From assembly GCA_002069525.1 (NCBI GenBank), contig MWBJ01000001.1:21896-85895 (forward strand): 64,000 nucleotides of DNA, written 5' to 3'. Positions 12,561 to 21,249 of the stretch are shown here, piece by piece. The position numbers were made by a program, and so were the translations under genes. The notes beneath the pieces were generated by a model that was given only the letters and a program-made list of their open reading frames with translations, was not told the DNA's origin and ran no database searches. Source of the DNA: Parcubacteria group bacterium ADurb.Bin305. Lineage in GTDB: Bacteria > Patescibacteriota > Minisyncoccia > UBA6257. Each line of letters opens with the position of its first letter. Position 1 is the stretch's first letter.

Positions 12561-13028
12561 TTACGGTTTAACACAGTAAATAGTATCTTCTATCTCTGTG
12601 CCGCAATTAACCCCATAGATATTATTACCATCAATATCGTCATCTAAAGCAGGATCTTTTGTTTCCAAGACACTACCTAAAACATAATCTTGACCAGAAG
12701 TACCATATTCATAGCTATACCCAGAATTAGATAAAGGATCCCGAGGAATTTTAGATACCCCAATTCCAATATAAGGGTCGGTTAAGATATCGGAAAGTTC
12801 TTCCCAATTTGAGGCTCGTGGATAAAATTGATACTTACTATAGTATAGCTCTAAAGCCACCATGGTATTATGTAAATCGGCAATTCGTCGAGCATCTCTA
12901 GCTTTAGCCCGAGAGCTACCTAACCCTACTAAAATTATAGAGGACAACAGAGCAATTATGGTTACCACGATTAACATTTCAATAAGCGTGAAACCATAGG
13001 AAAATCTTTTTCTACTAATGTTGATCAT
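12561..13028 (-). CDS. type IV pilin (likely major pilin)
   Basis: YGFTLIEMLIVVTIIALL prepilin motif. 155 aa. Sits immediately upstream of pilD. Confidence 0.65.
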   Translation of the reverse strand: MINISRKRFSYGFTLIEMLIVVTIIALLSSIILVGLGSSRAKARDARRIADLHNTMVALELYYSKYQFYPRASNWEELSDILTDPYIGIGVSKIPRDPLSNSGYSYEYGTSGQDYVLGSVLETKDPALDDDIDGNNIYGVNCGTEIEDTIYCVKP

Positions 13029-13115
13029 AATATTTAATTAATTATTTTAATTATTTAATTATTTTTAATATTGCTTAAATGTTTAGATAAAAAATTACAA
13101 CAGCCAACTAATTAT

Positions 13116-14324
13116 CTAAACACTTTGCGCTAATTGATAAATAGGCAAAAGCACAGCTGAAACTAATAAAGCTACCAATAATCCAATAATAACTATTAAA
13201 ATCGGCTGCAATAAGTCAATTAAAGTTTGGAAAGAACTTTCTACATCTTTTCTATAATACTCAGATACTTTTTTTAATGATTCGTCCAACCGACCAGTTT
13301 TTTCACCAACTGAAATCATTTGACTAACTAAAGGAGGAAAATACATTGGATATTTAGCTACTAAACTACTCAGACTTTCGCCAGTTTTAACGCCTTGAAC
13401 TATATCTTTGCTAAGACTCAAATAAACATAATTGCCAGTAGCCCCACCTCCTACTTCTAAAGCTACTACAGATGGAATGCCTCCACTTATTAAAGTACCC
13501 ACTGTTTCGCAAAATCTAGCTATATAGGTTTTTTTAAAAATATCACCTAAAACAGGGATTCCTAAAATTAATCTACCGATTAAACGACTTCCTTCATTAG
13601 AATGAGCATAATTAGAAACTAACCACGTCATTCCAATAATAAAGATAATAATCACATAGCCATATTGTCTCAAGAAACTACCCAGACCTATAAGAATTCG
13701 ACTAGCTAAAGGCGGAGTGGCACCAAATTCATCAAAAATAGCTACCATCTGCGGAGCTAAAGAAATAGTAATAACAGCCCCTATAATGATAAAAGTAATA
13801 ATTAAAAAAATTGGATAAGTAGCAGCTGCTTTAATTTTACTATTTAAATCATTTTCATGCTCAGCATAATCAGCTAAATAACTAAGGGTTTCTTCTAGCC
13901 GACCGGAGATTTCCCCCGATCGAATCATTTGAGTATAAAAATCACCAAACACTTCTGTTTTATTCTCCACTGCTTTAGATAATGGTAAACCAGCATCTAA
14001 ATCTGTAATCAATTCAAAAACTAAATCTTTAACAGCAGGGCTTGGAGCTTGCAATACCAAGGTTTTTAATGCTTCACCTAAAGGTACTTGACTTTCAAGT
14101 AAAGTGGCGAATTGCCTTAAAAAAATAGCGAGATCTTTTTTAGAAACTCGAAGTTTTTGACCAAAAATATTGTCTAACCATGACGGTCTTTTTACTGGTT
14201 TAACATCAACCACAATTAAACCATAACTTTGAAGCGTTCGGATTGCCGCCTCAGCGCTTCGAGCTTCTATAAATCCTTTTTTAGCATTACCCACTTTATC
14301 CCGAGCTTGATATTGAAATTTCAT
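13116..14324 (-). CDS. pilC: type IV pilus assembly platform protein (GspF/PilC family)
   Basis: 402 aa with two repeated T2SS-F-like halves, each a soluble domain followed by TM helices. Located between pilT and the pilin gene. Confidence 0.8.
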   Translation of the reverse strand: MKFQYQARDKVGNAKKGFIEARSAEAAIRTLQSYGLIVVDVKPVKRPSWLDNIFGQKLRVSKKDLAIFLRQFATLLESQVPLGEALKTLVLQAPSPAVKDLVFELITDLDAGLPLSKAVENKTEVFGDFYTQMIRSGEISGRLEETLSYLADYAEHENDLNSKIKAAATYPIFLIITFIIIGAVITISLAPQMVAIFDEFGATPPLASRILIGLGSFLRQYGYVIIIFIIGMTWLVSNYAHSNEGSRLIGRLILGIPVLGDIFKKTYIARFCETVGTLISGGIPSVVALEVGGGATGNYVYLSLSKDIVQGVKTGESLSSLVAKYPMYFPPLVSQMISVGEKTGRLDESLKKVSEYYRKDVESSFQTLIDLLQPILIVIIGLLVALLVSAVLLPIYQLAQSV

Positions 14325-14442
14325 AATTAAGTAATTTTTTATTAATTAAAAAAGAAATAAAAGAAATGAAATCTAGAAAAGTAAAGTTATATTTTATTAA
14401 TTCTCCCAAGGTTAGCTTAGGTAAAACACATAATTCCTAAAC

Positions 14443-15513
14443 CTATCCTAATAATTGTCTTAATTCTGAGGGATTTAAAGAATAAGCCTCGGCCACTTCG
14501 AGCGAGATCTCTCTCCGTTTTATTAATTCTACAAGAGAACGATTTAAAGAAATCATCCCCTCCTGTGTTGAAGTTTCTATGACTAAATCAATTTGATAAC
14601 TTTTCTTTTCTCGAATCAGGTTTTTAATAGCAGGATTAGCTATCATAACTTCACAGGCAGGAATTCTGCCCCCCCGAATTCTAGGCACCAATCTTTCTGA
14701 AACAGTACCCAATAAAGTCGTAGCTAATTGAGCCCTAATTTGATTTTGCTGATCAGCCGGAAAAGTATCAATAATTCTATCAATAGTTTGACTAGCGGAA
14801 TTAGTATGAAGAGTGGAAAGCACTAAATGACCAGTTTCTGCGGCAGTCAAGGCAATACTAATAGATTCAGCGTCGCGCATTTCTCCAATAACAATAATAT
14901 CTGGATCTTGACGTAAGACAGATCGCAAGCCCTTATTAAAACTCAGGGTATCAATACCCACTTCCCTTTGATCTATTAAAGCCCTGTCTTGAGCAAAAAT
15001 ATATTCAATCGGATCTTCAATAGTGATAATATGGTCCATTCTTTTATGATTAACTTCATCTACCACAGCAGCTAACGTTGTTGTTTTACCATGCCCTGCT
15101 GGACCAACTACTAGAAAAAACCCCTGATGATAAGTAGCTACCTCATGTAAAATAGGCGGCAAATTAAGTTCCTCCACAGTTCTTATTTTAGCTGGAATTA
15201 ACCGCAAGGCAGCTGCTAAATAACCTTTTTGGAAATAAACATTAATTCTAAAACGAAGTTTGTCTTCATAGGAAAAAGCAAAATCAATTTCTTTTTCCTC
15301 GATTAATTTTTCCTGCTGCTCTGGCACTAATAAGGCGGAAATTAATCCGGCCACCATTTCAGGTGTTAAAATCGGCTCATTGGATAAAGGCAACAAATTA
15401 CCATCAATCCTAACTGTAGGATGACGACCAACACTTAAATGCAAATCAGAAGCTCCTTGTTGCCCAGCCAAAACCATTAACTCTGCTAATTTTTTTTGAT
15501 AATCAAAAGCCAT
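14443..15513 (-). CDS. pilT: type IV pilus retraction ATPase (PilT-like)
   Basis: Walker A motif GPAGHGKTTT. 356 aa matches PilT/PilU size rather than PilB. Confidence 0.8.
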   Translation of the reverse strand: MAFDYQKKLAELMVLAGQQGASDLHLSVGRHPTVRIDGNLLPLSNEPILTPEMVAGLISALLVPEQQEKLIEEKEIDFAFSYEDKLRFRINVYFQKGYLAAALRLIPAKIRTVEELNLPPILHEVATYHQGFFLVVGPAGHGKTTTLAAVVDEVNHKRMDHIITIEDPIEYIFAQDRALIDQREVGIDTLSFNKGLRSVLRQDPDIIVIGEMRDAESISIALTAAETGHLVLSTLHTNSASQTIDRIIDTFPADQQNQIRAQLATTLLGTVSERLVPRIRGGRIPACEVMIANPAIKNLIREKKSYQIDLVIETSTQEGMISLNRSLVELIKRREISLEVAEAYSLNPSELRQLLG

Positions 15514-15598
15514 AAATTTAACTATAACTTTTACTTTTAATTTTAGGTGAATTTACTATACTTTCCCCCTAATCAAACTTTTTAACTTTCTTCCCTTT

Positions 15599-15619
15599 AT
15601 TATATCATTTATTATATCA
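15599..15619 (-). promoter_or_regulatory. tandem duplicated extended -10 elements (TGATATAAT x2) upstream of pilT
   Basis: Minus strand reads atgatataataaatgatataataa, about 85-100 nt upstream of the pilT start codon. Confidence 0.35.
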
Positions 15620-16667
15620 TAAATAAATCAAGAAAGTATAGAGCCAAGCCTAGTAAAGCCATCATAGCAGATATTAACCAAAAACGCATAATTACTTTGG
15701 TCTCTGGCCAACCTAAAGCTTCAAAGTGATGATGTAAAGGGGTAATTAAAAACAATTTGCGTTTTTTAAATTTTTTATAATTTAACTGAAGAATAACTGA
15801 TAAAGATTCTACCAACCAAATAAAAGCAAAAAAAGGTAAATAGAAAACTGTATCAGTCAAAAAAGCTATCACCCCTAAAGTGACACCTAAAGCCATAGAG
15901 CCAGTATCTCCCATAAAAAACCTAGCCGGGTGAATATTATACCACAAAAATGCCACTAAACTTCCTAGAAGAACAGCTAAAAAAGCAGCTAAATCATATT
16001 TACCTTGCACAAAAGCTATGATTAAATAACAGCTGAAAGCCACTAAAGCGGTGCCTTCCAACAACCCGTCTAAACCATTAGTTTCATTCGCAGAAAAAGT
16101 AGTGGCTAATAAAATAAATATTACCCAAGGAACATAAAACACGCCTAAATCCACTGTGCCTATAAAAGGAATCGTAATCATAGAAAAACCTAATTTAGCG
16201 CTAAACCACCAAGCCCCAATTAAAGCTACAATAGAATAAAAAATTAATTTTTCTTTCATGGCTAAACCCCCACCATGAGGACCAACGTGCCAAACCCCTA
16301 ATAGATCATCAATTAGGCCTATTAAAGCAGCCCCCAACATAGCCCCAAGAGGTAACAAAACTTGAGCCCTAGATAAAAAATTAATATTTTTCCAGATACC
16401 GTCAAAGCAGGTATCTAGTAAAAAAAACAGTAAAGTCACTATGAGCACTGTGCCCCAAATTATTATCCCGGCCATAGTAGGGGTACCCTCTTTCTTTCCA
16501 TGCAGCGCCGAAAAAAGAGGGCCAGCATCTGTTCTAATTTGCTTACCTAAATGATGTTTAAATAAAAAATTAGACACCAAGGGAGTGATTGAAAAAGCAA
16601 CAAAGGTGCTAAAAATTCCTAATAAAATTACCTTGATTAACTGAAAAGCTAAAATTTCTGAGAGCAT
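15612..16667 (-). CDS. mraY: phospho-N-acetylmuramoyl-pentapeptide transferase
   Basis: Motifs KKEGTPTMAG, NETNGLDGL, FMGDTGSMALG and PLHHHFEALGWPETKVIMRFW align with the conserved MraY blocks. Confidence 0.85.
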   Translation of the reverse strand: MLSEILAFQLIKVILLGIFSTFVAFSITPLVSNFLFKHHLGKQIRTDAGPLFSALHGKKEGTPTMAGIIIWGTVLIVTLLFFLLDTCFDGIWKNINFLSRAQVLLPLGAMLGAALIGLIDDLLGVWHVGPHGGGLAMKEKLIFYSIVALIGAWWFSAKLGFSMITIPFIGTVDLGVFYVPWVIFILLATTFSANETNGLDGLLEGTALVAFSCYLIIAFVQGKYDLAAFLAVLLGSLVAFLWYNIHPARFFMGDTGSMALGVTLGVIAFLTDTVFYLPFFAFIWLVESLSVILQLNYKKFKKRKLFLITPLHHHFEALGWPETKVIMRFWLISAMMALLGLALYFLDLFMI

Positions 16668-16670
16668 AAA

Positions 16671-17609
16671 TTAAAAATTACTAGCCGTTAAAGTTTGTTT
16701 AACCCAATTATAAAGCGCAATAGTATCATTAAATCTATCTAAAGAGTTAAGTACTATTATAGCTATGGCGATTTTGTTATTACTATCAGCCCTAGAGGCA
16801 AACTCATAAATTGTTAACAAACAGCCGCCGGCCTCTTGAGTTAAACCTGTTTTTCCTCCCCACAAATTATCTATTTTTCCCACTAACTCATTGGTATTTA
16901 CCAAATTATGAGCTCTACCCTCTAAAGAATAAACTGTCAGTTGAGGTTGACGCGTTATTTCACCAATTACAGGGTATTGGCGATAAATAGCTTGGCTTAA
17001 CTTAAATAAATCTAAGGCTGTGGAAAAATTACCTGTTCTATCTAAACCGCGCGAGTCAAAGAAGGCGCTATCCCCCATTTGAAATTCGTGAGTTTTATCT
17101 TCGGCTAAAGCGACAATGTTTTTTCCTTGTTTAGTTAAAGCCTCTTCAATGGCTACAGCTGCATCATTGGATGAGGTCACTAGCAATATTTTTAATAAAT
17201 CCTCGAGATAAAAGTGCTCACCAACCTGAAGATTACCTTCTTCACCTTCGGCGCTTACCGCGAAAGAACTAATTTCTATAGTATCATTATTAGTTAAATT
17301 ATCCAAGGCTAAAATGGCTGTCATTAATTTAGAAAGCGAGGCTGGAAATAGGTGTAAATTCTCGTTTTTAGCAATTAAAATCTGCTGAGAATTAAGTTCT
17401 CCCACCAAATATGACAAAGCAGAAACTTTAGGCTCAGGTTTTTGCAAATTCAAAACAGTATGATCAATTTTAGTTGATAGTGGCGGGCCATTAAGAAAAG
17501 GCTGCGTAGCTAAAAAATTACCATAAGCTACCACTAAACAACTAAAACAAAAAAGAAACCAAAAAACATATTTTCGCCAAGGATTTAATTGTCTAATTTT
17601 ATGTGACAT
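16671..17609 (-). CDS. D-alanyl-D-alanine carboxypeptidase (S11, PBP5/6-like)
   Basis: Signal or TM N-terminus. SxxK as ASLSKLMT, SxN as SSND, and KTG as KTGLT. Confidence 0.75.
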   Translation of the reverse strand: MSHKIRQLNPWRKYVFWFLFCFSCLVVAYGNFLATQPFLNGPPLSTKIDHTVLNLQKPEPKVSALSYLVGELNSQQILIAKNENLHLFPASLSKLMTAILALDNLTNNDTIEISSFAVSAEGEEGNLQVGEHFYLEDLLKILLVTSSNDAAVAIEEALTKQGKNIVALAEDKTHEFQMGDSAFFDSRGLDRTGNFSTALDLFKLSQAIYRQYPVIGEITRQPQLTVYSLEGRAHNLVNTNELVGKIDNLWGGKTGLTQEAGGCLLTIYEFASRADSNNKIAIAIIVLNSLDRFNDTIALYNWVKQTLTASNF

Positions 17610-17612
17610 TAT

Positions 17613-18161
17613 TTATTTATTTCTTATTTTTGAATTATTACTTTGCGCTTCATCATAATGCGGTAATTGTTTTATATCTGTCAGCCCTAAATATTGTAAA
17701 GTTTTAAAACTAATAGAATACAAAAAAACATTGGCTCGTTTTTCATCTGGCTGTCGCTCAATTAAACCGCGCGATAATAACTGATGTAGAGTATAAGTAG
17801 AATCAACTCCTCGAATAAAATTTATTTCGCTTCGAGGTATCGGCCCTTTATAAGCTATGATAGCTAAAACCTCCTGACTGGCTGGGCTTAAATTCCCCTC
17901 TAAATTTTCTGCTCTTAATTTTTGTACCACAGCTGATGCTTCTGGAGCTGTCACCATAAACCAGTCCTCACCTTTATTGATTAATCTAAGGCCGTGTTTT
18001 TGCTCCTCTAATAATTTAGCTAAAGCCATCAAGGAATCATTGATAATTGCTTTTTTTTCTCCGGTAATCTGAGCAATTTTATTTAAACTTAAAGGCTCTG
18101 AGGCGGCAAACAATAACGCCTCTAGAAGTAACATAGTATTGGTTAAAGGGAGGTTATCCAT
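17613..18161 (-). CDS. scpB: segregation and condensation protein B
   Basis: N-terminal LLEALLFAASEPLSLNKIAQI is typical of ScpB winged-helix repeats. Overlaps the scpA stop. Confidence 0.8.
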   Translation of the reverse strand: MDNLPLTNTMLLLEALLFAASEPLSLNKIAQITGEKKAIINDSLMALAKLLEEQKHGLRLINKGEDWFMVTAPEASAVVQKLRAENLEGNLSPASQEVLAIIAYKGPIPRSEINFIRGVDSTYTLHQLLSRGLIERQPDEKRANVFLYSISFKTLQYLGLTDIKQLPHYDEAQSNNSKIRNK

Positions 18162-18865
18162 ATTGCTTCAAAATTATTTTTTTGATCTATCGTAACAAAA
18201 CCATCTTTAGACAATTGAAGAATAGCTAAAAAGGTCAAAATCAAATCAGTTTTTCTTAAGGGGTCAGCTACTAGGTCTTCTAAAGTATAAGTTTGATTGT
18301 GAGCTAAACGAGATAACAAACTTTTAATTCGTTCCTCAAGAGAAATCCTTTTATTAATTTTGTGTTCCTCTAATTCTTCTTCTGGCTCTAAAATACTAGT
18401 GAGCTTCTGAAAGGATTGATAGAGATCAAAAGCGGTTAAATTAGGAGGGGGTAAAAATATAGCTACATCTTCATTATTCAAAGGTCGCGCATACAAAAAT
18501 TTTTTTTGTTGAATTTGTTCATTAAGATATTGACCTTGCTCTCGGAAAAATTTGTAAAGAGTTAATCTTTCCTCTAAGTTTAGCACTTCACTTTCTTCAT
18601 CTGAAGTTAACTCTAAATTCGGTAATAAAGCCTTAGATTTTATCAAAAGCAAGGTGGCCAAAATTACTAAAAAGTCAGCTAATTCTGTGGGAGAAAAATG
18701 CGTGGTATTATTGGCCACATAGTTAGTGTAATCACTAGTAATTTGAGCCAAAGAAATTTGAGTAATTTCTAAATTTTTACTAGTAATTAATTGCAGTAAT
18801 AAATCTAAGGGACCATTAAAAGCAGCTACAGTTACCTGATACATAATTTTAAAACTATTTAACAA
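18143..18865 (-). CDS. scpA: segregation and condensation protein A
   Basis: 240-aa protein immediately upstream of and overlapping scpB. ScpA-like N-terminal LDLLLQLI segment. Confidence 0.7.
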   Translation of the reverse strand: MLNSFKIMYQVTVAAFNGPLDLLLQLITSKNLEITQISLAQITSDYTNYVANNTTHFSPTELADFLVILATLLLIKSKALLPNLELTSDEESEVLNLEERLTLYKFFREQGQYLNEQIQQKKFLYARPLNNEDVAIFLPPPNLTAFDLYQSFQKLTSILEPEEELEEHKINKRISLEERIKSLLSRLAHNQTYTLEDLVADPLRKTDLILTFLAILQLSKDGFVTIDQKNNFEAIWITSL

Positions 18866-19004
18866 ATAATATAGTCAGGCCAACTTTAATTCCATCTAAT
18901 ATTTTGTTATCTAATAAAAATCTATATTGTTTTGTCTGGCTACATCTGACATTATACTATCATTTGACAAATAAAATTACAAATTACTAATGACAAATGG
19001 ATGA

Positions 19005-19290
19005 ACTTGTCATTCTGAGCAGAGCGAGGAATCTTTCCTTTTTTGTTATTCTGAGGAGCAAAGCGACAAAGAATCTCTGGGTTGGTCTCAAAAACTTCTT
19101 GAAAAATAAATTAACGACATCGTAAGTCGTTAATTGAAGAATCTCTGGGCTGGTCTCAGATACCTTGTAAAAAGGAATCTCGCCTTCGCGAGAGATCCTT
19201 CACTTCGTTCAGGATGACAGAACAAGGAGATCCTTCGCCTATGGCTCAGGGCGACTGAAACAAGGAAAGATTCTTCACTTTATTCAAAGT
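19005..19290. repeat. mosaic of short direct and inverted repeats (REP/MITE-like), GC-richer than its surroundings
   Basis: gtcattctgagcagagcgagg (19009-) has an approximate inverse copy ccttcacttcgttcaggatgac (19196-). Direct repeat aagaatctctgggYtggtctcaRa at 19068 and 19137. At least 7 copies of a GAATC/GATTC-centred core. Perfect hairpins at 19111-19133 (ttaacgac..gtcgttaa) and 19174-19198. Confidence 0.5.
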
Positions 19291-19358
19291 ACCAATAATT
19301 AATAAGGGCCCCCCTATGTATCTCGTCTTCCACAGGAATAAACTAAATATTATTTTTA

Positions 19359-19940
19359 TTATATCTTTTTTCTGGAAAATTCGCAACCACAATAATGCTG
19401 ATGATATAAATGATATTTAGCTAGTAATTCTTTCTCTCGCTGATAAGCTCTTTGGGAATTTAAATCAAAAGTTATATATTTAATCGGATGTTTTTTATAT
19501 TGTCGGGACAATTTATGGCCGACTTCATTAATAAACCTTGTATCTTTAAACATATTAATGCTTAAGGTAGTAGCTACTTGATTAAAGCGATTCATTTGAG
19601 CAAAAATAAATAATTGCCGCAAACGCCAAAAAAAACATTGCTGACAACGCTGACTATTTTCCTTATAATCCGCAGGTGATAAAAATAAATTTTTCGATAA
19701 ATACGTTAACCATTTATTATGATCATAAGCGCCATAATATACCTTAATAGAATAAATTTTAGCAATTTTTTTCACCTCAAGTTTTCTTTTCTCATACTCT
19801 GATCTGGGAAAAATATTAGGATTATAAAAATATAAAGCTAATTGAGACCGTAAATATAAATTACGCCTTTGATAATAATTATCTAAATATTCCAAAATAG
19901 GCAAAGCGCATGGGGCACAACAGGTATGAAGAAGTAACAT
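19359..19940 (-). CDS. queH: epoxyqueuosine reductase QueH (DUF208)
   Basis: Starts at internal Met MLLLHTCCAPCALPILEY (the HxCCAPC signature of QueH), with further conserved Cys residues downstream. The track ORF extended 77 codons upstream into the tgt C-terminus. The start is reassigned to 19940. Confidence 0.7.
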   Translation of the reverse strand: MLLLHTCCAPCALPILEYLDNYYQRRNLYLRSQLALYFYNPNIFPRSEYEKRKLEVKKIAKIYSIKVYYGAYDHNKWLTYLSKNLFLSPADYKENSQRCQQCFFWRLRQLFIFAQMNRFNQVATTLSINMFKDTRFINEVGHKLSRQYKKHPIKYITFDLNSQRAYQREKELLAKYHLYHQHYCGCEFSRKKI

Positions 19941-19944
19941 AAAA

Positions 19945-21102
19945 TTAAATATTTTCCCGTAAGCGATGAAGTAATTGAGTAATAAAATATAAATTATGCC
20001 AAGTAGCCAACCTAAAATATAAAGGTTCCTTAATGAGATAAAGATGATGCAAATAAGCTCGAGAAAAGTTTTGACAAGTATAACAATTGCACTCGTGATC
20101 AATCGGAAATTTATCTGCAGCAAAACAACTATTACTAATTTTGAGAAGACCTTTGCGGTATTCTGATTCAAAACTAATATCAGAACCGGAAGAATTATCC
20201 CCGATTACCAAGCGACCATTATACAAAGCACCGTGACGAGCTAATCTAGCCGGACTAACACAATCAAACATATCCACCCCCCGTTTAATCACTTCGATTA
20301 TATCGTAAGGGGAAGCGCCTAACCCCATGGTATAAAGAGGTTTGTCATAAGGAATAGATGAACGCAAAGCATCCAGAATTTCTAAAGTGCGTGGCATATC
20401 GTAGCCAATTGTTTCACCGCCCAGAGCCAAGCCATCAAATGGCAAACTAGTAATAAAATTAAGGGCTTCCAAGCGTAAGTCTAAAAAAGAACCCCCTTGA
20501 ACAATACCAAAAATTAAAGTGTTATTTTCTGGCGCCATTTTTTTGAGTTCTTGAAATCTTTTCAACGATTTTAACGCCCACTTCTTAGTTCTTTCTAAAC
20601 TTAATTTAACATAATTTTTGTTGTCTAAATTAGGACTACAGTCATCAAAAGCCATAATAATATCGGAACCTATCTTAAACTGAATCTCAATCGCTTTCTC
20701 GGCGTCAATAAAATGCTTCGAACCATCGTAGGGAGAAATAAACTCAATTCCCTTATCTGTCACTTTGCTCAAAACACCTAATTTAGCAGAGTATCTTTTT
20801 TGAGAAAAACTCCAGCCTTGGAACCCCCCTGAATCACTTAAAATAGTTTTGGGCCAACCCATATAATTATGAATGCCCCCGAAAGAATTTATTAATTCTT
20901 CGGTGGGCCTCAAATGTAAATGTAAAGCGTTCACTAAAATAATTTCTATACCTATTTCCTGCAAATCTTGGGGACTCAAAGCTTTAACAGCAGCTTTCGT
21001 GGCTGGAGGCATAAAAACAGGTGTTTGAAATTTACCATGATTAGTAATTACCTCTCCAGCACGAGAAAAATTATATTTTGATTTTTTAAGGATATTAAAC
21101 AT
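19945..21102 (-). CDS. tgt: queuine tRNA-ribosyltransferase
   Basis: FQTPVFMPPATKAAVKAL and IILVNALHLHLRP blocks. C-terminal zinc site CNCYTCQNFSRAYLHHL. Confidence 0.9.
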   Translation of the reverse strand: MFNILKKSKYNFSRAGEVITNHGKFQTPVFMPPATKAAVKALSPQDLQEIGIEIILVNALHLHLRPTEELINSFGGIHNYMGWPKTILSDSGGFQGWSFSQKRYSAKLGVLSKVTDKGIEFISPYDGSKHFIDAEKAIEIQFKIGSDIIMAFDDCSPNLDNKNYVKLSLERTKKWALKSLKRFQELKKMAPENNTLIFGIVQGGSFLDLRLEALNFITSLPFDGLALGGETIGYDMPRTLEILDALRSSIPYDKPLYTMGLGASPYDIIEVIKRGVDMFDCVSPARLARHGALYNGRLVIGDNSSGSDISFESEYRKGLLKISNSCFAADKFPIDHECNCYTCQNFSRAYLHHLYLIKEPLYFRLATWHNLYFITQLLHRLRENI

Positions 21103-21249
21103 ACGCTAATTAATTAACCATTAAGTGCCAAATATAAATCTAAAATTAAAGCAATAAAGCAATATTTTATAGCGGTTCTCTAACCTTCTTGGCCAATTAG
21201 TGGATTTTGAATTTTCTTTATTCCTAGTAGTTTTTATTTGACCTTAATT

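Noticed and set aside
14443-15513. Calling the pilus ATPase PilB (assembly ATPase)
   Set aside because: At 356 aa it lacks the N-terminal domains and zinc-finger insert of PilB/GspE (~550 aa). Its length matches the PilT/PilU retraction ATPases.
18866-19358. Housekeeping ncRNA (tmRNA, RNase P RNA, SRP RNA) in the long scpA-queH gap
   Set aside because: None of the conserved cores were found by eye on either strand (tRNA-like end and GGGG 5' end of tmRNA, AGGAAAGUCCGGGCUCC-like RNase P, GGAA tetraloop domain IV helix of SRP). The region is instead dominated by short repeats.
19359-20171. 270-aa ORF suggesting QueH with an N-terminal membrane domain
   Set aside because: The first 77 codons overlap the 3' end of tgt, including its conserved zinc-binding C-terminus, in another frame. 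The conserved QueH signature starts exactly at the internal Met (MLLLHTCCAPC). The extension is therefore an ORF-calling artefact.
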